In this document: positions 1 to 9,603 of the stretch, one piece after another
How positions within the stretch are numbered: the first letter of the stretch is position 1
Layout: every line of letters begins with the position of its first letter
Source: Acidobacteriaceae bacterium
Lineage (GTDB): Bacteria > Acidobacteriota > Terriglobia > Terriglobales > Acidobacteriaceae
Length of the DNA: 64,000 bases
Reading direction: 5' to 3'
Assembly (NCBI GenBank): GCA_025360645.1
Contig: JANYBT010000042.1
Coordinates: forward strand, 516-64,515
Notes under the pieces: generated by a model
Database searches by the model: none
What the model saw: only the letters and a program-made list of their open reading frames with translations
Told to the model about the DNA's origin: nothing
Position numbers and translations under genes: made by a program

Positions 1-420
1 TTTCACGCCGGGGAGTTGTTCCCCCGAGTCGGGTTCATCGTGACTAAACTGGAGACGCCGAGCCGGGCGGTGGTGCGGTTCTACAACAAGCGGGGGACGG
101 CAGAGCAGTGGATTAGAGAGGGAAAGCAAGCGGTGAAGATGACGCGACTGAGTTGTCATCGTTTCCGCTCCAACCAAGTGCGACTGGCGCTGAGCCTCCT
201 GGCCTACAACTTGGGGAATTTGTGGCGGCGGCTGGCGCTGCCCACAGGAATCGAGAACTGGTCGCTGACCAGCTTGCAGCAACGGCTGGTGAAGACCGGT
301 GGCCGGCTGGTGAAACATGCCCGCTACTATGGGCTGCTGTTGGCGGAGAGCCATCTGACAAAACGGTGGTTTGGGAGTATGCTCCGGCGGATCGCCGGAC
401 TGTCGCTTCCGGCGGGATAG
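1..420 (+). mobile_element. IS1380-family DDE transposase gene, 3' fragment (5' part lies left of the window)
   Basis: Frame 1 is open from nt 1 (FHAGELFPRVGFIVTKLETPSRAVVRFYNKRGTAEQWIREGKQAVKMTRLSCHRFRSNQVRLALSLLAYNLGNLWRRLALP...). This is the conserved C-terminal block I recognise from IS1380-type transposases. Stop TAG at 418-420. The IS ends cannot be defined because the left end is outside the window. Confidence 0.7.
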
Positions 421-1194
421 CTGAGGCCGTGGCCGGGAAATCGATGCAGAGTCAAGAGGGGACGGAGAAGTGTCTGACAAAACCGGATGGGAAGGCCGCG
501 ACCAGCAGTTAGGGGCTTGCATTGGCATAGTCTGGACTGTGTCCCGAGCCCCTGGGGCCCGGCCAAAGAAAATATTTATGTCCTGGAGTCCTTGAAGGGG
601 TATATAGTGTCGGGTGTTGGGAGCTAAAACGGAAATTCCGGGTTAGAAGCGCAGCTCTGGATCGGACTCGCACCTGGTCGGGTTCTTCCCGGCGACCAAC
701 TTGGCAGGAGTGTATGAATTTTTGGACTAAGCAACTATTTTTTTATGGATTAGCCTCGAATTGGTCATTGTTTCTCTTTGTATGCTACTGTCATGAAAAT
801 CTTCTGGGGTTTGATTGACACAGTGGAGTTGGGACTTAGGTAGCGATAGCTTTGCGCGCATCAGCGCAAAAGTAGATGTCCGGCACCGGGTATCGAGATC
901 ATTGACGCGAAACTCCTCTTTCTCTTTCCTTCGAGGTCCGCGAGGAATGCCCGACTCTAACCGTCGATTCCGTGTTGCAGTATTCCCGGGTGACGCCCCA
1001 TGAAAATACTGCCCTGCGATCTCCTGCGATCAGCCTGGAGGCAGGATCTTGCCAGACTGCACTTGCTCCGAACTACTAGCTGTGACAGTCATTGATAGCA
1101 TGGGCGGGCTGATCCGCCATGAGATCCAGAACTTAGGGAAGCAGATCCATGCTCCTGAAACCCTGGAATCCAGTGATGCTGAAGGGAGATCGAA

Positions 1195-2151
1195 ATGAAA
1201 CTTTACCGCCTCATGATTACTGTTCTGTTTGCCGTCTTCGCGTTCGGGCAAATCCAGCCACGGTCCGCTGCATCTCCGGAAGTGGGCGCTAATCTGCCCG
1301 CCCAGCGGATTGGCCCCAATGATCTGGTAGCGATCTTCGTCTACGATGCGCCCGAATTGTCGCGGACTTTTCGCGTGAGCTCAGACGGTTTCATCCGTCT
1401 CCCCATGCTGAAGAAGCCCGTGAAGGCGGGCGGTCTCATGCCCGACGCACTCGAAGCGTCGGTCGCCGAAGCACTCAGCCAGGGCGGTGTTTTGGTCGAT
1501 CCACTGGTGACGGTCACTGTGGCCGAGTACAACAGCCGGCCCATCAGCGTGGCGGGTGCGGTCAAGCAGCCCATCACATTCCAGGCCGCTGGTCCGGTCA
1601 GCCTGCTCGAAGCCATCGCCCGTGCCGGCGGACTGACGCCGGAAGCTGGCGCGGAAATCCTGGTCAGCCGCGCCCATGGGGATCAGCCTGGGGCGGCCGT
1701 CCTCTCTCAGCGCATATCCGTGCGCGGCCTTATGGATGCGGCCGATCCTGAACTCAACCTTCCACTGTCTGGTGGCGAAGAGATCCGCATTCCCGAAGCC
1801 GGCCGAATCTTCGTCGTCGGCAACGTGAAAAAGCCAGGCGCTTACCCCATCCAGGACGGCCGTGAGTCTAGTGTCCTTAAGGCGCTCGCCGTCGCCGAAG
1901 GCCTGGAACCCTTCGCCACGAACGAGGCCTACATCTACCGCCGCGAGGCCTCCGGCTCAAAGAACGAAATCTCCATTCCGCTGAAACAGATCATGGACCG
2001 CAAGTCTTCCGATGTGCCTCTGCTGGCAAACGACATCCTTTACATCCCTATTAACAGCAGGCGGCGTCTGAAAATGACCGTGCTCGATAAGATCCTCCTA
2101 TTCGGAACCAGTGCCGGCGGCACGGCGCTGGCGTACGGCACAATTCACTGA
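1195..2151 (+). CDS. Polysaccharide export outer-membrane protein (Wza-like, Poly_export + SLBB)
   Basis: 318 aa with a signal peptide (MKLYRLMITVLFAVFAFGQ) and a GGGAG RBS upstream. Contains the IGPNDLV...FRVSSDGFIRLPMLKKPVKAGG motif typical of Wza/GfcE exporters. First gene of the co-directional polysaccharide locus. Confidence 0.8.
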   Translation: MKLYRLMITVLFAVFAFGQIQPRSAASPEVGANLPAQRIGPNDLVAIFVYDAPELSRTFRVSSDGFIRLPMLKKPVKAGGLMPDALEASVAEALSQGGVLVDPLVTVTVAEYNSRPISVAGAVKQPITFQAAGPVSLLEAIARAGGLTPEAGAEILVSRAHGDQPGAAVLSQRISVRGLMDAADPELNLPLSGGEEIRIPEAGRIFVVGNVKKPGAYPIQDGRESSVLKALAVAEGLEPFATNEAYIYRREASGSKNEISIPLKQIMDRKSSDVPLLANDILYIPINSRRRLKMTVLDKILLFGTSAGGTALAYGTIH

Positions 2152-2161
2152 GTATCCAACA

Positions 2162-4348
2162 ATGACCTATCCCCGACTGCCCAAAGCGCTTCCAGCTCCA
2201 CTCCCCGAGTCGATTTCGACATCCTGGCAGGGCTACGATGTCGACCCCGGAGAGCCCGGCGTCCCTCTGTCGCACTACCTTTGGATCCTCAAGCGCCATC
2301 GCTGGCGAATTCTCTCCTTCGTGCTCGCCTGCGTGGTTGCGACCGTGGTCATCTCCTCCCGACTCACCCCCATTTATGAGTCCACCGCGACTGTGGACAT
2401 CGATCGGCAGGTGCCTACCAGCATCATCGGCCAGGATTCCATGCGGGTCCCAATGAATGACTCCGACCAGTTCATCGCCACTCAGGTCAAGCTCATCCAG
2501 TCCGATTCCGTCCTGCGTCCCGTCGCCCAGAAATATCACCTCCTCGAACTGGAAAAAGGGGAATCGTCGCGGAAGTCCACCGATGCCGAGGAAAATGCTC
2601 CGGTCCTGCTCAAAAAGCTCAAAGTCAGTCGCCCGCCGAATACTTACCTGCTCTTGATCAGCTACCGCTCGCCCAATCCGCGCCTGTCCGCCAACGTGGC
2701 GGATGGAATTGCGCGCTCCTACGTCGAGCATACCTACGACATCCGCTTCCGCGCTTCTGCGGCCCTGGGGTCGTTCATGGAAAAGCAGCTCGAGGAATTG
2801 AAAGCCAAGATGGAGCGCTCCTCGGCAGCCTTGGTCCAGTTCGAGCGTGACTTAAACGTTATCAACCCCGAGGAGAAGACCAGCATTCTCTCCGCTCGCC
2901 TGCTGCAGATCAACACTGAGTACACCAATGCGCAAATTGATCGCGTTCGCAAGGAATCCGCCTGGAAATCGGTGCGCGAGGGCTCGATCGAGGCCGCCCA
3001 GGTCTCCGCGCAGGGCGAGAATCTCAAGGTCCTTTCGGAGAAACTCAACGACGCGCGCCAAAAATTTGCCGACGTCAAAACCCATTACGGCGCCAACCAC
3101 CCCGAATACGTCAAGGCGGCAGTTCAGGTCCAGGAGATCGAGCGTCAGTTGCAACAGAGTGCGTCAAACGCCGGGAAACGAGTCGAAGTCGAATACCATG
3201 AGGCCCTTGGCCGCGAAGCGATGCTGCAAAAGACCGTGGCCCAAACCAAGAATGAGTTTGACCGCCTGAACGCACGCTCCTTCGAATATCAAGCCCTGAA
3301 GCGCGAAGCCGACGCCGACAAGACCCTGTACGAGGAGTTGGTCCGCAAAATCAAGGAAGCCGGTATCAACGCTGGTTTCCAGAACAGCTCCATCCGTCTC
3401 GCCGACGCCGCCCGCCCCGCCCTCAAGCCCGTCTTTCCGGACATGACGCTGAACGTGCTGATGGCCTTCCTCTTCTCCAGTCTGCTGGGGGTTGGAGCCG
3501 CTGTCCTGAGCGATGTGCTGGATCGGTCCATTCGCGATCCCCAGCAGATCGCCAGCCTCTTCCAAACCGAGGTTGTGGGAAGTCTTCCCATGGTCAAGTC
3601 CTGGAGGCGGCGTATCGCATCCGCCAGTACCAGCAAGGAGGGGGGCGCGGCCTTGGTGCGGACCGGCGGCGACTCGGTGACGGGGTTTGAAGAAGCCATC
3701 CGCACGCTGCGCAACTCCATTCTTCTTGGGGCCTTCGACCGGCCCCTGAAGTCGATCATGTTCACCAGTTCCGCGCCGGCGGAGGGAAAGACCACGATTG
3801 CCGTCCACATGGCGATCGCGCACGCGCAACAAAAGCATAAGACTCTGCTCATCGACGGCGACCTGCGCCGCCCTGGGGTGCACAAGAAACTGGGGCTGGA
3901 CCCTGAGACAGGCTTGGCGGCGGCGCTCCAGAACGGCATGTTGTGGCGCGAAGGTGTGGTGAAGATCGCGGGAGTTCCCGAACTGGACGTTCTTCCTGCC
4001 GGCCACTCCAGCCGCCGAGCTGCCGACTTGATCGGCCCGCACCTTATGACTATCCTCGAAGATGCTGGTAGGGACTACGATTTGATCATTGTCGATGCGC
4101 CACCCATTTTGGGTTTTTCCGAACCTCTTCAGATGGCTTCGGTGGTGGACGGCGTGGTTGTGGTTGCTCTGGCCGGTCAAACGAATCGCAACGCCGTCGG
4201 CGCTGTTCTCGGGGTTCTAAAGCGAGTCCACGCGAATGTTGTGGGCATGGTCCTGAACGAAGTCACTGCCGACATGAGTGACACCTATCACTATTACGGG
4301 TATTACGGAAAGTATTATCGGTATTACAAGCCCACGGCCAACGACTAG
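2162..4348 (+). CDS. Polysaccharide co-polymerase / tyrosine autokinase (Wzc/GumC-like BY-kinase)
   Basis: Wzz-type N-terminal domain with two TM segments and a long coiled-coil. C-terminal kinase has Walker A (SAPAEGKTT), A' (LIDGDLRRP), B (DLIIVDAPP) and a Tyr-rich tail (YHYYGYYGKYYRYY). ATG 2162 is preferred to the GTG 2111 of the ORF track, which overlaps the upstream gene by 41 nt. Confidence 0.85.
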   Translation: MTYPRLPKALPAPLPESISTSWQGYDVDPGEPGVPLSHYLWILKRHRWRILSFVLACVVATVVISSRLTPIYESTATVDIDRQVPTSIIGQDSMRVPMNDSDQFIATQVKLIQSDSVLRPVAQKYHLLELEKGESSRKSTDAEENAPVLLKKLKVSRPPNTYLLLISYRSPNPRLSANVADGIARSYVEHTYDIRFRASAALGSFMEKQLEELKAKMERSSAALVQFERDLNVINPEEKTSILSARLLQINTEYTNAQIDRVRKESAWKSVREGSIEAAQVSAQGENLKVLSEKLNDARQKFADVKTHYGANHPEYVKAAVQVQEIERQLQQSASNAGKRVEVEYHEALGREAMLQKTVAQTKNEFDRLNARSFEYQALKREADADKTLYEELVRKIKEAGINAGFQNSSIRLADAARPALKPVFPDMTLNVLMAFLFSSLLGVGAAVLSDVLDRSIRDPQQIASLFQTEVVGSLPMVKSWRRRIASASTSKEGGAALVRTGGDSVTGFEEAIRTLRNSILLGAFDRPLKSIMFTSSAPAEGKTTIAVHMAIAHAQQKHKTLLIDGDLRRPGVHKKLGLDPETGLAAALQNGMLWREGVVKIAGVPELDVLPAGHSSRRAADLIGPHLMTILEDAGRDYDLIIVDAPPILGFSEPLQMASVVDGVVVVALAGQTNRNAVGAVLGVLKRVHANVVGMVLNEVTADMSDTYHYYGYYGKYYRYYKPTAND

Positions 4349-4575
4349 CACCTCAGTCGCTCACCGGCAAACCATGCGTGATTTAAGATTGAATGATAAA
4401 GACCCATGGACAATGATTCGCCCTGGAAAGATCGTTGGCGCAGGAGCGGGACAGCCCCAGCGCAAGCATTGCCGACTCAGGACGGAGGCGCACCTCTTGC
4501 GCTTTGGAGGTGAACGCGGATGACGAGTCCCCTCCCACAAACACTGACCATTGTTTCTCTCGGCCATATAGTCTG

Positions 4576-5865
4576 ATGAGGTTTCAAAACCACATTCAAC
4601 GCTATGCTCATACGGTACTCGCCCAAGGCGGGATCCTGGCATTGGGGATCACGAGCGGCATTTTGAGTGCGCGGTTGTTGAAGCCAAGCGGCCGTGGAAT
4701 TCTGGCAGCCGTCACAATCTGGCCCCTAGCGTTAGCTTTCTTGTGTTCCTTTGGGCTCAATCAGGCAATCGTGTACAACCTGAGCAAGTTGCGTCATAGC
4801 TACGCGGAAATCTGCGGCGCAGTACTCACGATTGGCGCTGCCCAAAGTCTGATCGTGGTCTTGGCCGGGACGCTCGTGCTTCCCGTTGCGCTCCGACACT
4901 ATCCACCCGATGTTCTGCGACTAGCGTTCTGGGTCCTGGCATTTACGCCAATCCTGATACTAGGCGGCTACCCGGCGAATTTACTGCAAGCGCTCGGTCA
5001 TGACCGCGCCTTCAATCTTGTGCGCATGGTCGCTCCCGCAACATTTGTTCTGGGTTTGGCCCTGCTGGCAGTGGTCGGAGCCGGAGCCGTAGGCAACGTG
5101 GTTGCGGTCCAACTCGCGGGGTATGTGGCTGCTCTATTGATCGGCTTCGGGTTGTTGATTGCGAAAGTCAACACAAGGCCCAAAGCCAGCCGCGCAGCTA
5201 CCCGCGACCTGATGGCATACGGTGCGCGTGCTCAGGCGGCGAACCTGACAACCTATTTCAACCAACGAAGCGACCAGCTTGTGCTTTCGGTTTTGGTGCC
5301 GCCGCGAGAACTCGGATTGTACGCGGTGGCAGTGACTCTGGCGATGGCCGTCACTTTTCTGCCACAAGCAGCGGGCTTGGTCGCTTTCACAGATGGAGCC
5401 AGCCAGGGGCCTGAAGCCGCGAAGCGAACCATCGCCACTTCTTTTCGACTTTCCCTTGCATGGCTGACGGCAACATGTGTGCTCCTGTTCATCGCAGCCC
5501 CTTTTCTCGTCAGCGTGGCCTTCGGGCCCACTTTTGGGGGCGCTTCCGTTGCTTGTCGCATCCTGCTGCCGGGCATGGTTGCCGTGGGCCTTAGCCAGGT
5601 TCTTTATGCGGGAGCGAATGCCTTGGGCCGACCCGCGCTTCCCTCGCTTTCCGAAGCGGCAGGAATGGCGATCACCATACTCGGATTGGTCGTCTTGGTG
5701 CCCCGGTACGGCTATCTTGCCGCAGCTGCAATATCCACTGTCTCCTATATCACCAGCTTTGTCGTGATGATCGGTCTGTCTACCACCAGGCTAGGCTTGA
5801 GCCTTTACCAACTGCTCTTCCAGAGGCTGGATTCTGGGATGCCGCAAGTGGAGCTGTCAATTTGA
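4576..5865 (+). CDS. Wzx-like polysaccharide flippase (MOP superfamily)
   Basis: Highly hydrophobic with about 12 predicted TM helices, of typical Wzx size, and positioned in the locus as expected. ATG 4576 (MRFQNHIQRY) is preferred to TTG 4435, whose first 47 aa are Arg/Ser-rich and non-membrane. Confidence 0.65.
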   Translation: MRFQNHIQRYAHTVLAQGGILALGITSGILSARLLKPSGRGILAAVTIWPLALAFLCSFGLNQAIVYNLSKLRHSYAEICGAVLTIGAAQSLIVVLAGTLVLPVALRHYPPDVLRLAFWVLAFTPILILGGYPANLLQALGHDRAFNLVRMVAPATFVLGLALLAVVGAGAVGNVVAVQLAGYVAALLIGFGLLIAKVNTRPKASRAATRDLMAYGARAQAANLTTYFNQRSDQLVLSVLVPPRELGLYAVAVTLAMAVTFLPQAAGLVAFTDGASQGPEAAKRTIATSFRLSLAWLTATCVLLFIAAPFLVSVAFGPTFGGASVACRILLPGMVAVGLSQVLYAGANALGRPALPSLSEAAGMAITILGLVVLVPRYGYLAAAAISTVSYITSFVVMIGLSTTRLGLSLYQLLFQRLDSGMPQVELSI

Positions 5866-6908
5866 CCATCGTAGTGCCTGGCGTCATATTCCCAGATTCC
5901 TTCGTTCGCAATATTGTAGTGACTCTGGAAGCGATGGGACACAAGGTGGTGAATGTGCGCACCGCGCGTCACTATCATCACCAGAACCGAATCCTTCACA
6001 CCTTCTGGAAGTACCTCCCCCTAGCAGTTCCCAGCCTGGAGCGCGCGGCCTGGAACAATCTGGTGAAGACCGTTGCAAAGCTTCAACCGGACCTGGTGCT
6101 CCTCACATACGGCGTTCCGCCCCAGGTGCTTCGCGACATCCGAGTTGCGTGTGGAGCGAAAATCGTTTGCTGGTTTACGGATCCCGTCGCCAACTATTAC
6201 CGTGGTTATTTGATTGCTGGATCATATGACGCGCTGTTCATCAAAGAGCCGTTCCTGGTGCCCCTCTTGCGAGAGAAACTCGAGATCAACGCCTACTATC
6301 TGCCTGAAGCATGCAATCCTCTGTGGCACACCCCGGTCGAGCTTACGGAGCAGGATCGTAAAGAGTTTGGCTGTGAGCTGGCAGCTATCGGCAGCCTTCA
6401 CTACTATCGAGCTCGTATGCTGGAGCCCTTTTTGTCACATGACCTCAGAATATGGGGTAGTAACTGCCCGCTTTGGATAGACTCGAGCGCCCGCGAGAAA
6501 TACCAGGGCAAGTACGTGGCCGAGCACATCAAGGCGAAGTCGCTGCGAGCGGCTGACATCGTTCTCAATACGATGCACTACGCGGAAGTCGATGGCGTGA
6601 ACTGTACGCTATTCGAGGCGGCTGGTTGCGGAGCATTTCAGATAGCGGATTGGAAGCCTGCCTTGCCCGCATTGTTTGAGCCGGAAACCGAGATCGTTAC
6701 CTTCCGGACCCGCGCGGACTTGAAGGACAAAGTTTCATACTACCTTGCCCACGCGCAAGAGCGACTCGCTATCGCCCTACGCGCTCGCCAGCGCGCACAT
6801 CGTGATCACACCTACGAACAGCGTCTTAGCGCCATCCTGTCGGTGGTCGGCCTCGCACCAGTCACCCATTCTCCGAGCTTGGAATTGGCACTAGGGTCGT
6901 CGCAATGA
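5862..6908 (+). CDS. CgeB-like glycosyltransferase-family protein (Glyco_trans_1_2-type C-terminus)
   Basis: The C-terminal block NTMHYAEVDGVNCTLFEAAGCGAFQIAD...EIVTFRTRADLKDKVSYYL resembles the CgeB/DUF3880-associated GT-like family. The TTG start overlaps the wzx stop (TTGA). Confidence 0.55.
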   Translation: MTIVVPGVIFPDSFVRNIVVTLEAMGHKVVNVRTARHYHHQNRILHTFWKYLPLAVPSLERAAWNNLVKTVAKLQPDLVLLTYGVPPQVLRDIRVACGAKIVCWFTDPVANYYRGYLIAGSYDALFIKEPFLVPLLREKLEINAYYLPEACNPLWHTPVELTEQDRKEFGCELAAIGSLHYYRARMLEPFLSHDLRIWGSNCPLWIDSSAREKYQGKYVAEHIKAKSLRAADIVLNTMHYAEVDGVNCTLFEAAGCGAFQIADWKPALPALFEPETEIVTFRTRADLKDKVSYYLAHAQERLAIALRARQRAHRDHTYEQRLSAILSVVGLAPVTHSPSLELALGSSQ

Positions 6909-7022
6909 GCTGGCCCTTCACAATTGGCAGTTCTTCGGCACGGGCCGATTCGTGCTTAAAGGCGAAACCGCGCTACATCCTTGCCATCAGATTCGAAAGC
7001 TCCGGGACGGAGTGGGGTCCAT

Positions 7023-8570
7023 ATGCATAAACATTGGGCTCTGATTGCGGTAGCATGTATGGCCGTGACCGCACCGATGGCGATCTTCGGTGGGGCCGCC
7101 CTTCGCTCTCTCCTTCTAATTGAACTCCTCATAACGCTGTCCCTGGCCTATGTGAACATCTCGGGCAGGCTGAGGATGGACCGCCTCTTCGATCTTCCAG
7201 TCCTGATCACGGCTCGCATGGTCCTGAGTTTTGGTATTGCGCCGATCCCAGCAATATTGATGCTGGAGAGGTTGAACGGCCGGTTGCTGGGAGATTACGA
7301 CCTGATATTGCAGGCCTTACTGATTGTGATCACGGGAATGGTGGGATTCTGGGCAGGTTGCCAAACGGCGCAGAACCGACTCCGGAGCAAGCCAGTGTTA
7401 GTGACAGGGGCAAGGACTCTCCAATCGGCCCTCGTGGTTGCGGTCGTGGTCTATGCAATTGGCTTCGGATGCAAGGTGTACCTTCTGCAACATCAACTGT
7501 TCGCCTTCACCGCGTCATTGGAGTTGTACAGAAACAATCTCGAAGGTTCCCAGTGGTTCATGTTCGGAGCGAGCTTTGCAACGCTCGGACTGCTATTGAT
7601 GTGCATTGAGAAGTTTTCGCATCCGTCCCAGGGATGGGTACGATGGCTATTCTGGGGGATCGTTCTTTCTGAGTGCTGGTGGGGGCTCGTCTCCGGCATG
7701 AAAGAGTTTCTCTTGAAGGATTTTGTAGTGATCGGCGCGGTTGCGACCATTTGTCGCGGGAAGCTGGCGAAGACGTGGATCTTCGCAGCCGTGCTCGGGC
7801 TGGTTCTTCTCTATCCGTTCTACAATGACTACCGGGCTGTGGTTCGGGGAGCTGGTTCCAGCCAAGTCAACACTTTCGAAGGTGCGTTTGCCGCTTTAGG
7901 TCAGACGACAACTAGGTTCTATGAAGAGTTTCGGTACAGAGACTGGATCGACGCAGGAACCGATGCTAGCGCGTCGCGCCTTGATCTTCTGCAGGGCTTT
8001 GGTCTGGTACTTTCATTCCCAAATCGCGCCGCGGAACTTCAAGGCGAAGAGCAGCTTTGGATGATTCCTTTCTACCCGTTTATTCCGCGTACGATCTGGA
8101 CCAGCAAGCCGATTCTTGACAAAGGAGCGCGCTTCGATAAGGCTCTTGGCGGTACGGGTGACAGCTCAGAGGCCGTACCTTACGTGGCAGACTGCTACAT
8201 CTATGGCGGGGTGCTGGGAGTGGTGGTTGGTATGTTCGCCCTCGGCCTCTTTGCGCAGCGATATGCAAATTGTGTCAAAGGTGTCTTCTCCAAGAATGAT
8301 TTACTCCAGTACGCGGTCGCCCTTCTCTATTGTTTCAATATAGAGGTCGGTGTAGTCGAGTGGTGGACGGGGATGATGAAGATCATGGTCGTGGCGGGAG
8401 TGGTGGGATGGCTTGCCTACGGATCCAGCGCCAAACGAACGACCCGGACCGTGGTACAAAGGGCGACTTCCCTTGGTGGGAGAAGTGTCGATGGTTCATT
8501 TCGTGCCCCTCCGATGTCTGCAGCCAGGATATCGAGCCAGCTTTTTGACCGTCCGTCACCCAGTTCTTGA
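7023..8570 (+). CDS. Polytopic membrane protein, putative Wzy-type polysaccharide polymerase
   Basis: About 515 aa with 10 or more hydrophobic helices and a large loop. It is the only unassigned polytopic protein in a locus that already has Wzx and Wzc, so the assignment is by context only. ATG 7023 is preferred to TTG 6981. Confidence 0.45.
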   Translation: MHKHWALIAVACMAVTAPMAIFGGAALRSLLLIELLITLSLAYVNISGRLRMDRLFDLPVLITARMVLSFGIAPIPAILMLERLNGRLLGDYDLILQALLIVITGMVGFWAGCQTAQNRLRSKPVLVTGARTLQSALVVAVVVYAIGFGCKVYLLQHQLFAFTASLELYRNNLEGSQWFMFGASFATLGLLLMCIEKFSHPSQGWVRWLFWGIVLSECWWGLVSGMKEFLLKDFVVIGAVATICRGKLAKTWIFAAVLGLVLLYPFYNDYRAVVRGAGSSQVNTFEGAFAALGQTTTRFYEEFRYRDWIDAGTDASASRLDLLQGFGLVLSFPNRAAELQGEEQLWMIPFYPFIPRTIWTSKPILDKGARFDKALGGTGDSSEAVPYVADCYIYGGVLGVVVGMFALGLFAQRYANCVKGVFSKNDLLQYAVALLYCFNIEVGVVEWWTGMMKIMVVAGVVGWLAYGSSAKRTTRTVVQRATSLGGRSVDGSFRAPPMSAARISSQLFDRPSPSS

Positions 8571-8599
8571 GTCTAGCCGACCGTGTTGCCTGAAAACAT

Positions 8600-9601
8600 A
8601 TGAGGCTGGTGTACTTCCAGCGCCGCCCAAATAGCTCGAACCACAGTATCGAACGCGTGTTTGCGACGGTACGTGGGGAGCTACGCGGAATCGAAAGCCG
8701 GGTCAGCATTTGCCGCTTCGAGAGTCGTGGCATTTTCAAACGGTTATACAATATGCTGGGAGCTGCGCTGGTGCAGGGGGACGTCAACCATATCACTGGG
8801 GACGTCCACTACGTGGCTCTGCTCCTCCGCAAGAACCGCACGATTCTGACGGTCCATGACTGCGGCACTATGTTGCGTCTTCGTGGGGTTCGCCGTCTGC
8901 TGTTTCAGTGGATGTGGTTGAGGCTGCCTGTCATTAGATGCTCGGTTGTGACGGTGATTTCGGAGCATACGAAGCGCGAGATTCTGCGATATACCTCCTG
9001 TCTGGAACGCAAGATCCGAGTGGTCCCAGATCCGGTAGGCACTGAGTTTCGACCGGCACTGAAAGTTTTCAATGCGGATAAACCGAGAATTCTTCAAATA
9101 GGAACCAACAAGAATAAGAACCTTGACCTACTGACGGCTGCCCTGTCGGGTATACGATGCAAGTTAGACATCATAGGGCTGCTTTCTCCCGAAGCGCAGC
9201 GAATGCTGGAGTGTTCAGGCATAGACTACGAATCCGCGGCGGGACTATCCGACGCGGAGGTGGCGGCGAAATACCGAGAGGCGGACTTAGTGGCATTTTG
9301 TTCGACGTATGAGGGATTCGGGATGCCGATCATAGAGGCCCATGCAGTTGGACGGGCGGTCGTGACAAGTGACCGCGAGCCCATGGTATCGGTGGCGGGC
9401 GGAGCCGCGTGTCTCGTCGACCCCGACGACCCGAAATCAATCCGAGCGGGCATCCTCAAAGTGATTGAAGACCGTGACTACGGCCAAGAACTGGTGCGAC
9501 GCGGGTTCGAGAACGCGAAGCGGTTCAGCGCCGAGGCTGTTGCGCAAATGTACATGGCTATTTACCGGGAGTTGGCAATTCCCACGGAGGGAGCGAGATA
9601 G
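8600..9601 (+). CDS. Glycosyltransferase family 4 (GT-B, retaining)
   Basis: Contains the EX7E-type motif region YEGFGMPIIEAHAVGRAVVTSDREPM typical of GT4/Glycos_transf_1. Confidence 0.8.
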   Translation: MRLVYFQRRPNSSNHSIERVFATVRGELRGIESRVSICRFESRGIFKRLYNMLGAALVQGDVNHITGDVHYVALLLRKNRTILTVHDCGTMLRLRGVRRLLFQWMWLRLPVIRCSVVTVISEHTKREILRYTSCLERKIRVVPDPVGTEFRPALKVFNADKPRILQIGTNKNKNLDLLTAALSGIRCKLDIIGLLSPEAQRMLECSGIDYESAAGLSDAEVAAKYREADLVAFCSTYEGFGMPIIEAHAVGRAVVTSDREPMVSVAGGAACLVDPDDPKSIRAGILKVIEDRDYGQELVRRGFENAKRFSAEAVAQMYMAIYRELAIPTEGAR

Positions 9602-9603
9602 CG

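Noticed and set aside
421-1194. Looked for a JUMPstart/ops element (GGCGGTAG), a c-di-GMP riboswitch or a small ORF in the leader of the polysaccharide locus
   Set aside because: No ops 8-mer is present, and I could not recognise a GEMM-like fold by eye. Only a weak TTGACA and a 7-bp hairpin were found, so no regulatory feature is called.
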